This document shows, piece by piece, positions 1 through 14,425 of a stretch of DNA of 64,000 nt. The translations under genes were made by a program, and so were the position numbers. Every line of letters starts with the position of its first letter. The first letter of the stretch is position 1. The notes under the pieces were generated by a model. That model was not told the DNA's origin and ran no database searches. It was given only the letters and a program-made list of their open reading frames with translations. Location of the stretch: NCBI RefSeq assembly GCF_022045235.1, contig NW_027266286.1:47430001-47494000 (forward strand). Reading direction: 5' to 3'. The DNA is from Haliotis cracherodii (Eukaryota).

Positions 1-224
1 ACAGAACACAAAACAACGGAAATAGCATGTCAACAAATCTGTACTGAAGGATGCAAGTTAATCCTGTTGTTACTGCATCTAGTTATAGTTTATGTTTGTA
101 ATCTATTTTGTTAATCTTACTCAAAGTTCCTTTTTGTTCTTTATCAGAGAATGGTTGCATATATCAATGCGTACTTTGATTCATTAAAAGTCCTATTTGT
201 TGTGGTTTCACTTTATACGTTAAC

Positions 225-485
225 GACAAGTGAAGATCCGGGGTAGAATAGATCTTCAGCAACCCATGCTTGCTGTAAAAAGGCGACTTTGCTTGTCGTA
301 AGAGGCGACTAACGGGATCAGGTGGTCAGGCAAGCTGACTTGGTTGATGCATGTCATTGTATCCCAATTGCGTGGATTGAAGGTCATGATGTCAATCCCT
401 GGATTATCTGGTCCAGAATCGATATTTACAGACCACCGTCATATAGCTGGAATATTGCTGAGTGCAGCGTTAAACAACAAACCAA
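225..485 (+). mobile_element. Short retroposon family 1 (non-tRNA structured head), near full length
   Basis: Matches the window consensus gacccgtgaagatccggggtagaataggtcttcagcaacccatgcttg...gctggaatattgctgagtgcggcgttaaacaacaaaccaa. Confidence 0.9.
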
Positions 486-776
486 TTATATGTTATCATA
501 TTGTTTCTGCGATCTGTCAATACATCAAAGTGATACACGTATGGCTACATCTATTTTAAAGATATAAAGCAAAAACTGCAACTAAAGTAACAAGCTGTTG
601 GAATATATTAATCATGGTAAAATTTCCTTTGTGGGTTCCTTTCCCTGAATTCACAACATTGATCTCCTTGCTCGAGGCTGTATTGTCATGGCATCATCAG
701 AATCCTCCCACATATAACTGCCACGTTTTTGTCAGTCTTCCTCGAAATGAGCACACCAACCCAAAGCCTTGTCTTT

Positions 777-1010
777 GGTCTTCAGCATCCATGCTTGCAG
801 TAAAAGGCGCCTGTGCTTGTCGTAAGAGGAGACTAACAGGATTGTTCGGTCAGGCTCGCTGACATGGTTGATGCATGCCATCATATCCCAATTGTGTGGA
901 TTGATGCTCATGATGTCAATCACTGGATTGTCTGGTCCAGACTTGATTATTTACAGACACCCATCATATATCTAGAATATTGCTGAGTGCAGCGTTAAAC
1001 AAAGAAAAAA
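777..1010 (+). mobile_element. Family 1 retroposon, 5'-truncated
   Basis: Colinear with other copies from ggtcttcagc to the aaacaaa tail. Confidence 0.85.
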
Positions 1011-1339
1011 TGTTAACATTACTATCCAGACCTTACACGATTTGATTTTAAGTCACAGATTGTGTAATTGGAAAGTAATAATTTGGAATGGCATTTTGAT
1101 CCCAAATCACAAATGCCTTGAGGCCTTTTAGAAAGAGACACTGTGTAACAGATGAGAGAATGAGTGAGGGACTTGTCTTGCTAGTGTTGCTTTCAATAGG
1201 ATTCAGTTATGTCATCATAGATTGTCAGCTTAATGTGGTCGAAGGTATGGGTATTGGTGGACACCACCAAGAACAGGTATTTCCCGAACAATCCAAAGAT
1301 CACTATCATGGGGCACGATTGAGGTGCTTTGGATCCAGT

Positions 1340-1697
1340 GGCCACCAATGCCTGTCAGAGTCCTTATTGGGAACTGAAGCAAGGATTTCACTTATACCAA
1401 CTGGATCCTGGCAGCCAAGGTGCACAACAAAGAGTTGAAGCGCCCCAACCCACCAGGCCACCAATGCCTGTCAGAGGCTTTATTGGGAACTGAAGCAAGG
1501 ATTTCACTTACACCAACTGGATCCTGGCAGCCAAGGTGCACAACAAAGAGTTACAGCGCCTCAACCCACCAGGCCACCCATGCCTGTCAGAGGCTTTATT
1601 GGGAACTGAAGCAAGGATTTCACTTACACCACTTGGATCCTGGCAGCCAAGGTGCACAACAATGATTTGCAGCACCTCAACCTGCTGGGCCACCCAT
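1340..1697. repeat. Tandem repeat, 116-bp unit x3
   Basis: ggccacc recurs at 1340, 1456, 1572, 1688. Confidence 0.95.
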
Positions 1698-2261
1698 ACC
1701 CCTTTGTCACTGCTAGATTAAGAAGCTGTGGATGACATACTAACAAAAGGTATCCTAGTACATGTATAATAAGTACACTGAACTGATCAAATGTGCCCCC
1801 TCATGGGGAGCCCCTGACAAAATGTGCAGTTCTAGAGTTGGGTGATTAGTTTTACTCAAGTCACAGCAAAGTTTTTATGCCAAGCTTGCAATATTGGAAC
1901 ATGTTTAGAAGACAGGAGTTGATCATATATGTAAAAGTTTTTATGTTGAACTAAGCACTGAACACACCATTGAGACCAGCAGCCTGCTGGCAAAGGCTTC
2001 TACCATCTGCTGAAACAGCAGACAAAGACCCCTGTATGCACCGAGATGTTTAGGGACAAATAAGTAAAACACTTTCTTTTTCATAGCACTTTGTATCATT
2101 GCAGTTGGAGCAGAGCTGACATACAATCACTGGTCTGAAATAAGGGATAAAAGTCAAGGAGTCGTGTCCCTTCATGTTAAAGATTGAAAAATATGAAAAA
2201 TATTGCAGAATACCTTACAGATACAAGGTTCCCCTTATGTTCAAAACCTGCTTCCCAAACA

Positions 2262-2971
2262 GGGATATAGTAACTTGTGCCCTTTGTCAAACTGAGACAT
2301 GGTATTTTGTGCCCTGTGTCAAACTGAGACATAGTATCTAGTGCCCTGTATCAAACTGAGACATAGTATCTAGAGCCCTGTGTCAAACTGAGACATAGTA
2401 TCTAGTGCCCTGTGTCAAACTGAGACATAGTATCTTGTGCCCTGTGTCAAACTGAGACATAGTATCTAGTGCCCTGTGTCAAACTGAGACATAGTATCTA
2501 GAGCCCTGTGTCAAACTGAGACATAGTATCTAGTGCCCTTTGTCAAACTGAGACATAGTATCTTGTGCCCTGTGTCAAACTGAATCATAGTAACTTTTAT
2601 CCTGTGTCAAGCTGAAAAATTGTATCTTGTGCCCTGTGTCAAACTGAAACATTGTAACTGTTGCCCTGTGTCAAACTGAGACATTGTAACTGTTGCCCTG
2701 TGTCAAACTGATACATTGTAACTGTTGCCCTGTGTTAAACTGAAACATTGTAACTGTTGCCCTGTGTCAAACTGAGACATTTTAACTGTTGCCCTGCTTC
2801 AAACTGAGACATTGTAACTGTTTCCCTGTGTCAAAATGAGACATTGTAACTGTTTCCCTGTGTCAAACTGAGACATTGTAACTGTTGCTCTGTGTCAAAC
2901 TGAGACATTGTAACTGTTGCCTTGTCAAACTGAGATATTGTAACTAGTGCAATATCTAGTGTCAAACTGAG
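2262..2971. repeat. Minisatellite, 32-bp unit x~22
   Basis: gtgtcaaactgagacatagtatctagtgccct; 3' half switches to the attgtaactgttg variant. Confidence 0.95.
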
Positions 2972-4164
2972 GTACTCTCTGAGTTGCTTTAGCGTGAACA
3001 GCTGGATTGATCTCATTCTTCAAATTCTTCCCTTTTATCATGGCCAACATTCCTATAGATAGTCAACTTTTCAAAGGGCTATTGAAGTGAAGAAGGCAGT
3101 GTCACCAACATCATTGATGTGCAATTGGCAAACTTCTCCACTTCCAGTAACTACAAAGATGACTTGGCTGTGAACGTAGGAAATGGGGCAGCTTGTGGCG
3201 ATACAGTAAACAGTCCTTAGTCTAAACATGTTTGCGGATGCACATGTTTTCCGTGTTAACTGTTTAATTTTCGTTAGTCTCATATATACGTAGTTACTTA
3301 TTTAGAGGTTTTTATAAAAAAATATATTCAGAAGATACCTGTGTGTACAAAAATCTTTTATGGTGACTATAAACAATAGCATCAGTTATCGGCACTAGAG
3401 GGGTCCCCGCATATTTATGCAAATGGACGCTTTTGTCACACAAGATTCAAAGTAGTAATCTATCGCTGTTCATAATCATATACCACAACCAGATTACCAG
3501 GTTTCTGCATCTTTTCCGTCTGACTAGGCGTACAGGGATGGCGACTGCAAGCTAGGATATTTACATCACGGGACGGTCATTTGCCTTCATGGTCGACGGG
3601 TAAAATTTAGTCCCGGCCTACAATGGCTAGGAGTCTCAGAGATATATTTCAGAAATGGCTGATCATGTTCAGAGCGCATTGTTATGATGACTTTAATGGA
3701 GACATAACAACTGTTGTTTTCTGTGAGAAGTTAATTTACATGCATTAATTGTCATATGTTCTCTGACTGGCGTAGGATGTTTCTCATAGGTTCTTGAATG
3801 ACTAGACAAAGTTCATGGACAGGGAGAACTCTATATGGGTTGTGATGTCTGTTTATCATGTCAGTTTATCATGTCTGTTTATCATGCAGTTGTTGCTTCA
3901 GTTGTTTACTTACATCATTTTGTTGCAACTTGTAAGACACTTGTGTAATCTTCACTGCCAGGCTTGAGCATATTGCCAGTCTTGCAACCTTGATTCATAA
4001 CTTCAAAACATATTTCAGTTAACTAGATTTTACACAGCGCACAAATTACAATGTCTAGTCCTTTACTGAAAATACCCTAGAGTCTTGCCTTCTCGTAAAG
4101 ATTTGAAGGTGCAATATGTGCAATGTATTGCGGAGTCCATGACATGTTGTTGGTTGTTGTTCAG

Positions 4165-4340
4165 GTATCAAGGCATCGGAGACCGACCTGGAGCGACTGA
4201 AGTGCCCCAAGTGTGACTTCCAGGGCTGCTACCCCCAGCAGTACCAGGACCACATCGCCCAGCACGGGGACGACATCCACAAGTGTAAATGCTGCAACTA
4301 TCTCACCTTTGATAAAGATGACCTCTTCACCCACTTCAGG
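4165..4340 (+). CDS. Zinc-finger gene coding exon A (phase-1 start): IKASETDLERLKCPKCDFQGCYPQQYQDHIAQHGDDIHKCKCCNYLTFDKDDLFTHFR
   Basis: Acceptor tgttcag, donor gtaaga; one complete C2H2 finger plus most of a second; GC3-rich codons. Not in the ORF track. Confidence 0.9.
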
Positions 4341-4384
4341 GTAAGAAAATACATTGACACTTCACCAAGGTTACTATGATACTA

Positions 4385-4540
4385 GGGTGTTCCGGTAGCC
4401 TAGTGGTTAAAGCGTTTGCTCGTCACGCTGAAGACCGGGGTTCCATTCCCGACACGGGTATGATTTGTGAAGCCCATTTCTGGTGCCCCCTGCTGTGATA
4501 TTGCTGGAATATTGCTAAAAGCGGCGTAAAATCTAACTCT
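4385..4540 (+). mobile_element. Family 2 SINE (tRNA-Asp-like head, ~160 bp)
   Basis: A box tagcctagtgg, GTC anticodon-like loop, B box ggttccattcc, shared tail. Confidence 0.88.
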
Positions 4541-4979
4541 GCTATGCATGTTTTCGGGAGCCAGGTGGATCCCACTGTAGTCACAGAAAGATGTATGTAT
4601 CTATTTGGAAACTACCACTTCAAATATAGGTTAAACTGGGGCTGAACAAAAAGAGTTGTCCAGCTTATTGTTAGTTGAGAGTGAAAACTTCCGACAGTGT
4701 AAAAACAGTATACTCATTTCCTTCTTTACATTTGAGACATGTTCTGTCAATTATGTGTATTAACATGAAGAATACACGTTCAACAAATGTTGTACCAGAC
4801 ATGTTGATGGTAATGGTTCATGCTTTGGGGAAGTGGTATTCAAACTCGGCTAGTAGTTATTTACGAGACATATTGGGTAGTGCCTGGTTTCTATTGATGT
4901 TCATGTTGAAGGGAATGAATGAAGGAACAAACCCAGTAATGAAAGTGAAGTCTTAGTGAATGATGTACACATTATGACA

Positions 4980-5243
4980 GACCCCTGAAGATCCGGGGTA
5001 GAATAGGTCTTCAGCAAGCAAAGCTTGCCATGAAAGGCGACTATGCTTGCCGTAAGAGGCGACAAACAGGAGCGGGTGGTCAGGCTCGCTGACTTGGTTG
5101 ATGCATATCCTAATTGCGTGGATCGATGCTCATAATGTCAATCACTGGATTGTCTGGTCCAGACTCAATTTTTTACTGACCACCCCTCATATAGCTGTAA
5201 TATTGCTGATTATTAACAATACACAAACAAACAAACAAACAAA
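4980..5243 (+). mobile_element. Family 1 retroposon, full length
   Basis: Starts gacccctgaag; (AAAC)n tail; approximate TSD tacacatYatgac. Confidence 0.9.
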
Positions 5244-6154
5244 TACACATCATGACCAATAACTGTTAGACAAACAGCTGTTGATAATTTAATGATGGGT
5301 CATAGTTTTGAGTCTACTTGCTAATTTATCAAACAGACTGATGCAAAATAACAGTGTAGTGAATCTTTTTCATATGATTTTAAGACATCCTGTTCTTGGA
5401 GGACTATGCAACTGTCTGGACAATAATAGGCTGTTCAGCATTTTCAAGTCTAACATTTTCAACACCAGACTAATGACAAGTATTCTTTGACTTTCATCCT
5501 TTATTTCAAACACTGACATAGGAGCCATTCATTCAGCCCTTCCTCCCTTTCTTTTCCCCTTCTGCCCTCCCTCTCAGTCTGTCTATCCTAGGAGTATTTT
5601 GAGAGTATTCTAACAGGTAGGTGGCGCTATCACAGGAAGCGATGAGTGTCAGTGGCCCATGCTGCCAGGGATGCCTGATTACCTGCCTCTAGTGTCTCCG
5701 ACTCTCAACTGCTAGGCTGAGAATAGGTGCAGGGTTATCTCCCTTGTGTTAGAGGATCGTTCATTAAGATATGGACCATCACCGCCTGTCATGGGTCGGC
5801 AGAGGGACGTCTATTTCGGTGAGGGTGGGGGTGGTTCTTGGTTGAAGTAAGTGTTTCAATGCACGTATCGCACTGGGAGATTGCAGCTTTAGTGCTCTTC
5901 CTTTGATTGAGGTTAAATATGAGTCTGGGGATTTGCCTTTGCTTGACACCTTCTTCCCTGACGGATAATAAATTGTATCTTCCTCCTCCTCCAGGTGATT
6001 CCGTGATGCTATAATTGGCAGGAGTACTGATGTAGGATGCATGGGTTCAGACACTTCACAGCAATGCAAATCTGAAATAGCTTTCAGCTTCAAAATACAC
6101 TTTTGGATTTTTTCTTTCATTTCAAAGCTTATGAGAATCGAATAAATAGACAAT

Positions 6155-8539
6155 TATATTCTCCTCCAGAGAAGTTAAAGAACATCCGTCTCTTTCATAT
6201 TACTTTAGTTAATCTGTCATGACTCTTTCATATTACTTTAGTTAATCTGTCATGGCTCTTTCATATCACTTTAGTTATTCTGTCATGGCTCTTTCATATT
6301 ACTTTAGTTAATCTGTCATGGCTCTTTCATATCACTTTAGTTAATCTGTCATGGCTCTTTCATATTACTTTAGTTAATCTGTCATGGCTCTTTCATATCA
6401 CTTTAGTTATTCTGTCATGGCTCTTTCATATTACTTTAGTTAATCTGTCATGGCTCTTTCATATCACTTTAGTTAATCTGTCATGACTCTTTCATATTAC
6501 TTTAGTTAATCTGTCATGACTCTTTCATATCACTTTAGTTAATCTGTCATGACTCTTTCATATTACTTTAGTTAATCTGTCATGGCTCTTTCATATCACT
6601 TTAGTTAATCTGTCATGGCTCTTTCATATTACTTTAGTTAATCTGTCATGACTCTTTCATATCACTTTAGTTAATCTGTAATGACTCTTTCATAACACTT
6701 TAGTTAATCTGTCATGGCTCTTTCATATCACTTTAGTTAATCTGTCATGGCTCTTTCATATCATTTTAGTTAATCTGTCATGACTCTTTCATATCACTTT
6801 AGTTAATCTGTCATGACTCTTTCATATCACTTTAGTTAATCGGTCATGACTCTTTCATATCACTTTAGTTAATCTGTCATGGCTCTTTCATATTACTTTA
6901 GTTAATCTGTCATGGCTCTTTCATATCACTTTAGTTAATCTGTCATGGCTCTTTCATATCACTTTAGTTAATCTGTCATGACTCTTTCATATCACTTTAG
7001 TTAATCTGTCATGGCTCTTTCATATCACTTTAGTTAATCTGTCATGACTCTTTCATATCACTTTAGTTAATCTGTCATGACTCTTTCATATCACTTTAGT
7101 TAATCTGTCATGACTCTTTCATAACACTTTAGTTAATCTGTCATGGCTCTTTCATATCACTTTAGTTAATCTGTCATGACTCTTTCATATCACTTTAGTT
7201 AATCTGTCATGACTCTTTCATATCACTTTACTTAATCTGTCATGGCTCTTTCATATCACTTTAGTTAATCTGTCATGACTCTTTCATATCACTTTAGTTA
7301 ATCTGTCATGACTCTTTCATATCACTTTAGTTAATCTGTCATGACTCTTTCATATCACTTTAGTTAATCTGTCATGACTCTTTCATATCACTTTAGTTAA
7401 TCTGTCATGGCTCTTTCATATCATTTTAGTTAATCTGTCATGACTCTTTCATATCACTTTAGTTAATCTGTCATGACTCTTTCATATTACTTTAGTTAAT
7501 CTGTCATGGCTCTTTCATATTACTTTAGTTAATCTGTCATGGCTCTTTCATATCATTTTAGTTAATCTGTCATGGCTCTTTCATATCGCTTTAGTTAATC
7601 TGTCATGACTCTTTCATATTACTTTAGTTAATCTGTCATGACTCTTTCATATCACTTTAGTTAATCTGTCATGACTCTTTCATAACACTTTAGTTAATCT
7701 GTCATGGCTCTTTCATATCACTTTAGTTAATCTGTCATGACTCTTTCATATCACTTTAGTTAATCTGTCATGACTCTTTCATATCACTTTAGTTAATCTG
7801 TCATGGCTCTTTCATATCATTTTAGTTAATCTGTCATGACTCTTTCATATCACTTTAGTTTATCTGTCATGACTCTTTCATAACACTTTAGTTAATCTGT
7901 CATGGCTCTTTCATATCACTTTAGTTAATCTGTCATGACTCTTTCATATCACTTTAGTTAATCTGTCATGACTCTTTCATATCACTTTAGTTAATCTGTC
8001 ATGACTCTTTCATATCACTTTAGTTAATCTGTCATGACTCTTTCATAACACTTTAGTTAATCTGTCATGGCTCTTTCATATCACTTTAGTTAACCTGTCA
8101 TGACTCTTTCATATCACTTTAGTTAATCTGTCATGGCTCTTTCATATCATTTTAGTTAATCTGTCATGGCTCTTTCATATCACTTTAGTTAATCTGTCAT
8201 GGCTCTTTCATATCACTTTAGTTAATCTGTCATGACTCTTTCATATCACTATAGTTAATCTGTCATGACTCTTTCATATCACTTTAGTTAATCTGTCATA
8301 ACTCTTTCATATCACTTTAGTTAATCTGTCATGACTCTTTCATATTACTTTAGTTAATCTGTCATGGCTCTTTCATATCACTTTAGTTAATCTGTCATGA
8401 CTCTTTCATATCACTTTAGTTAATCTGTCATGACTCTTTCATATTACTTTAGTTAATCTGTCATGGCTCTTTCATGACAGATTCACTCAAGTAATTAGAA
8501 AGAGTCAGGTGTTCTTAAACTTCTTTTAAGTAGAATATA
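6155..8539. mobile_element. Fold-back (palindromic) MITE-like element containing a 33-bp satellite
   Basis: ~68-bp imperfect inverted arms (6155-6222 versus 8472-8539), termini TATATTCT/AGAATATA. Confidence 0.75.
6190..8475. repeat. Satellite, 33-bp unit x~69
   Basis: ctctttcatatcactttagttaatctgtcatgR, highly homogeneous. Confidence 0.98.
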
Positions 8540-10521
8540 TATTTGGGTGTTCTATATACCCTTGTAATAATATTTTAACTGACATGTGGTTATTGGTTTT
8601 TTTATCCTTTATATCATTAGAGAGAATATTCATAAAAGATTTTATTATTTAGGCATTTAGTCTAAATATTCTATTTCTTGCAAATTATCTGCACACTTTG
8701 ATCATTGATGACTGTCCAAATGTCATGTAATCCATTAGAGTTTGATTCACTAATCAATCACTCGTTAATACAGCTACTATTAACCTGACAACTTGTTCTG
8801 TGTCAGGAGAGACTGTTGGAGTGAGAACAAGCTGTATTGGAAGAGATACTGTTGGAGTGAGAACTATCTCTGAGTCTATCAGAGATTGGCCTATCAGTAG
8901 CAGCCTGATACAGTTATACACTACAGACCAGGCAGTTATTAACTTGTCATATTATTGTGAAGGATGTGTGCGATAATCTGTAATTATCTGTTTCTGACTC
9001 ACGGATGATGCACTGGTGCTTCCCTCCACATCCACAGCTTGCCAACCACAAATATCTGCCGCTGTGGCAAAGTTTAAATAGTTTATACTCATCCACAATG
9101 CTTTGTTTCCTGACTAGGGCAGATAATCACCGCCAAATACCATAATTGAATTTAGGTCATTTGAGGGGAAGAGAGGTCAAGGTCAAAGTTCATTTTAAAA
9201 CTTGGGGCAATCAGTGTGATACATAACATGCAAGACAGTGTTCTTATGTAATTGTGTGAAAAACACAGATTTCTTGTAATATTGGCTTTTTCAGATTGTC
9301 TTGCAGACCAGATCAATGATATCTCTGTTTGTTGTTTCACAGCTGTGCTTACCCAAAGTGTGTTCTGTTTATAATAAGGATCTTCGTTTCAACCCCTTTC
9401 TTGTCTGTAATTATATTTGAACTTTTATTCAAGCTACATTTCCAGAGAAATGAAACCACTACTATGCTACAAGAAGGCACTTTCTCAAAATATCCACTTA
9501 TAGGTTAAAACGGCCTAAAAACCTGCAGCACTTTTCTTTCTTTTTTTTGTTTCGAACAAACTCTTGCCCCATGACACATTTGTGCATCATCTGTAAAAAC
9601 AGGAAATAAAATGACCTTAGCTAAAATAAAAAAAAGAATTAATTTTTGTTGTCGTGGCAACTACAAATTATATAAAGTCAGTGATGAATGCCATGTTGTC
9701 TTAGAATGTCCTCACTCCAATACAGAGAAAGAAATGTATCCACTATCAATTATGTGAAAGGCCAAACCCTTTTAGTATAGTTTTGTCAATTGTTCTGACA
9801 CTGTCAGCCTCTTGTTACAAGAACGTAGAGCAAGTGTAAATAGATGTGTCAGTAAATACCGTCACATGAAATGGCTTGCAATGCAATGGCGCCGATCTGG
9901 TGAGAGACATACAATCTGTTACATACCATTGCTAACTGTCTGTTCTGTCTGTTTGTAACTATGCATTCTAGGACAGTGGATGCAAAGCTTGTGGTATATC
10001 TCAAGCATTTGTTAATGATTAAACAAAACAGATCTTTTGCAGACAGGCATGTCTTGTTACATTATCTATATTGGTTAAAGCTGAGGTCCTCATTGACTTA
10101 CGACATTTAGTCTCAAGTTCTGTTTGAAATTATGATTTCCTGGTCAGTTTGAAAAAAAATTCCGTCAAACATGCTTCCTCCTGCTTTAAAACAGCTAAAA
10201 TGGCAGAAGGGATTCCTGTGTTAATACCAGAGTTGAAGCTCCTGGCTGTTCATTCACAAAGTTCCAGGTCCTTCATCGGTGGTATTTTCATAACTGGTGT
10301 CACAAGTGGAATTTTTCTCACATTGTGTGAAGTGGGCTACTACACCAATAGAGTTGTTCAACTGGTGAAGACATCCGCTGTAACAGTGTACAGCCCGTGA
10401 CTGGTGGGACCCCCCTACCACCTGCACATTCCTGCACATGCATCTGCTGTAAGTCATCCTCCTCCCACACCGCAGCTCACATGGTGCAGTGTGATGCACC
10501 ACCACTGGCACAGTGACACTG

Positions 10522-11736
10522 TGCTCCTGTACCACTGTCATACCTGGCCCGCATACAGCTCATGTACCACTATCATACCTAGCAGGCATACAGCTCATGT
10601 ACCACTGTCATACCTAGCAGGCATAGAGCTCATGTACCACTGTCATATCTAGCAGGCATACAGCTCATGTACCACTGTCATACCTGGCCCACATACAGCT
10701 CCTGTACCACTATCATATCTAGCAGGCATACAGCTCCTGTACAACTGTCATACCTGGCCCGCATACAGCTCCTGTACCACTATCATACCTAGCAGGCATA
10801 CAGCTCATGTACCACTGTCATACCTGGCCCGCATACAGCTCCTGTACCACTATCATACCTAGCAGGCATACAGCTCATGTACCACTGTCATACCTGGCCC
10901 GCATACAGCTCCTGTACCACTATCATACCTAGCAGGCATACAGCTAATATACCACTATCATATCTAGCAGGCATACAGCTCATGTACAACTGTCATACCT
11001 GGCCCGCATACAGCTCCTGTACCACTATCATACCTAGCAGGCATACAGCTCATATACCACTGTCATATCTAGCAGGCATACAGCTCATGTACAACTGTCA
11101 TACCTGGACCGTATACAGCTCATGTACCACTGTCATACCTAGCAGGCATACAGCTCATGTACCACTGTCATACCTTGACCGTATACAGCTCATATACCAC
11201 TGTCATACCTAGCATGCATACAGCTCATGTACAACTGTCATACCTGGCCCGTATACTGCTCATGTACCACTGTCATACCTGGACCGTATACAGCTCCTGT
11301 ACCACTGTCATACCTAGCATGCATACAGCTCCTGTACCACTGTCATATCTAGCATGCATACAGCTCATGTACCACTGTCATACCTGGCCCGCATTCAGCT
11401 CATGTACCACTGTCATACCTGGACCGTATACAGCTCCTGTACCACTGTCATATCTAGCAGGCATACAGCTCATGTACCACTGTCATACCTAGCATGCATA
11501 CAGCCCATGTACCACTGTCATACCTGGCATGCATTCAGCTCATGTACCATTGTCATACCTAGCATGCATACAGCTCATGTACCACTGTCATACCTAGCAT
11601 GCATACAGCTCCTGTACCACTGTCATACCTAGCATGCAAACAGCTTATGTACCACTGTTATACCTGGCCCGCAAACAGCTCATGGACCACTGTCATACCT
11701 GGCCCGCATACAGCTCATGTACCACTATCATACCAG
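10522..11736. repeat. Minisatellite, 35-bp unit x~35
   Basis: catacagctcatgtaccactgtcatacct(agcagg/ggcccg). Confidence 0.96.
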
Positions 11737-12494
11737 GCAACGTATGTTCATCTGTTACATGAAGCTTGGTTGTATACTTCCCAGGGACCTGAGGATGCAA
11801 GTATAGCAAACACTGATCCATTGACTCTATGAGCTTGCCCCTCTTTGTTTTATGCATGGGCTGTTCTTATCACCATTAGTGATTGTAGGCAGAGAAGGAG
11901 CCTCTGTCAACTTACCCGTCCCAGGATCACCATGAGCTGTGACAGATTAGTGCAGTCACTGAAACCAGAATCTAATGTAAAACCATTTCTCACGTGGCTG
12001 GTATGTGTTAACCTTTCCTGGAATATTATTGTTAAACTGGTCACATCCACTGACACGTGACTGACTTTACCAAGGTCATAGTTGACTGCCAAGCCCTGTC
12101 AAAAGTGGAATGGTAGACTACCTACACTTTGCTCTTTAGGAATGCCTCTTTACCAATTCTTTCCTGCCCATTCTACAAATGGTAATGGAATAAAAATGAA
12201 ATGAAACTGAATATGATTCATATTTTGTCATATGAACGTTTTCCTCCATAAATATGACTTTGTAAAATTGATTGCATATCAGTTTCTCTTTTTGCAAAGA
12301 GGTCAACCTGTAGAATTAATTTGAATTTTTTATCATAGAATGATTTCAATTAGTGTGTGTGCCTCAAAATGAGAAATAACATTGCAGAGAATAAGTGGGT
12401 TCCTCCTCCTGCTGCTGTGTTTGTTCAGGATGATGACATACCTAAACAGATGCTGATGCTGCTAACACAGGTTTTCCTGCTTTTTTCGGGAAAA

Positions 12495-12651
12495 GGGGCG
12501 GTCGGGTAGCCCAGTGGTTAAAGCGTTCGCTCGTCACGCCGAAGACCCGGTTTCGATTCCCGACATGGGTACAATGTGTGAAGCCCATTTCTGGTGTCCC
12601 CTGTCGTGATATTGCTGGAATATTGCTAAAAGCGGCGTAAAACCATACTCA
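12495..12651 (+). mobile_element. Family 2 SINE
   Basis: Near-consensus copy with A and B boxes. Confidence 0.92.
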
Positions 12652-14425
12652 TTTCTGGAATATAATTCTTTTATGTAGATATGAAACATACACATATTAT
12701 CAAATCGTTTTTAATGCTAATCACTTCCATCAACAAATGTAGAAACAATCAAAGATTGACAAAAATCCTTTCAAAAACAAATACAGTATGAATGAATACA
12801 GTTTTTGTAAAAACATTTTTCCTTGAATATATGAATTTATTGACAGGTAATCAATCCATTAAGAAAATAACATATTTTTTAAGTTGACAAGTCAGTGAAT
12901 TCATGAGGGAAGATGAACGCAATTGTTTCCTTGGCGTAACAAGATTCCACATCAATCAGGCAATCAGCCAGCAGGCTTCAATCCGTGTCAATCGCCCCAG
13001 TTGTGAGTATGTAATTAACCCGTTTCTGTTTTGTGTGAATGTGATTCATAAAATTGTTTGCACATGTACATTCAATCATATGAAAGTTTCCATGGTGACA
13101 AGCCCCTCCCCATTGCTGATTTCTTTGAAGTCCTGTATCCATCAACATATTTTATGTTCCTAATTCCTCTGCCCTTCTTTCCCTGCAGATTGATGCACTC
13201 ATAACTCTGAAATATGACTCACAGGAGATATGTTTTGTATGGTCTTTATGCTCACATTACCTTTGATAAATGATTTCATTTTCAAATTTTGCTTTCATAC
13301 ATAGAGGTTGTTGTTTTTTCATAGTTTTAATCATTTATCAAATCATTCTTTGTTTCAATTGACGTCAGCAGTTTTTTAAATACCTGTGGGTGTTACCACG
13401 AAGAAATTATCCAAAGTACATGATTTTTTATTTAGGAATGTAACCAAAATGGGAATTGGGTGGCTAAAATGGCTATTGAGTATGAATAGTTCTTGTAATT
13501 ATTGGAGTAGTGAATCTAGTTAGTGAATGAAATAACTCCATTCTGTACATAACAGTTGGGTAAGTAGCTCTACCATATCAGTCCCTGGTCAGGCATGATG
13601 AAGGTGGCTGGTCAAGGTTGCTATATTGTCATGCGACTTTCATGTATGATGACATACCATCAGTGTTCTATATTAGGCATGAAAGTCAAGGGATTGTCAT
13701 AGCGACTGATTTACGACACCCATTGTCTGACGAACATTTAATTGCAAAGGCTCATTACACTGGAGCCATAACATCTATATGCCTTAAAACACTTAATTGC
13801 TGTTATTTATAAGATGCTAATCCTAATTGTTAATCCCCATTTTTGTATAAATCGACCGTCTGCCATCCTGAATGAGATGTGCAAGTATGTCACTGATGAA
13901 TTACTGTTTATGTTTATATTTATTACTTACTAAATGTCAGGTGACCTTAGCTATATAAGCCTTGGTGCAGAGAGATTGAAAAAAAAGAAAGAAAGGTCTT
14001 ACCCTTAGCCTAGCTAGGGTTAGGCTGGGTGCTCCGGGGGACCTAGACAACAACCACTACCTAAATGTGCTGACCTGGCACACAGTGTCTTTTGTATGTA
14101 TAAAGTAAAACTGTATATACCGCAAGCCATCGTCGCCAAGTTGTCACTTCCTACTGAGAACCATACGTCAGCCCCTTGCATATACAAGTATGCAAATCAT
14201 TCATTAATCAACGTCAGACCAACGCGTTGTTAGGATCCTTGTCATGATGCAAATGTTAAAAGTTGAGATTTGGAGAGTCCTTAGATTCAAGGACTATCAC
14301 ACAAATGAACCTGATGGACAGCATACCCTTTTATTTTCACTGTACCTTTAAAACTTAATGAGTTTAATACCATCGATGCTAGTTTAAAGCTGAACATGAG
14401 CCTCATTACCAAGTGAAGTGCTTGT

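Noticed and set aside
3060-3670. Possible upstream exon or promoter (short open frame and CpG-richer stretch)
   Set aside because: In-frame stop near 3083, no convincing splice pair giving a phase-1 join to exon A, and no TIR or TSD found; left unassigned.
6190-8475. CRISPR-like array (33-bp repeats; also the 29-40 bp arrays)
   Set aside because: Units are head-to-tail with no unique spacers, there are no cas genes, and the context is eukaryotic.
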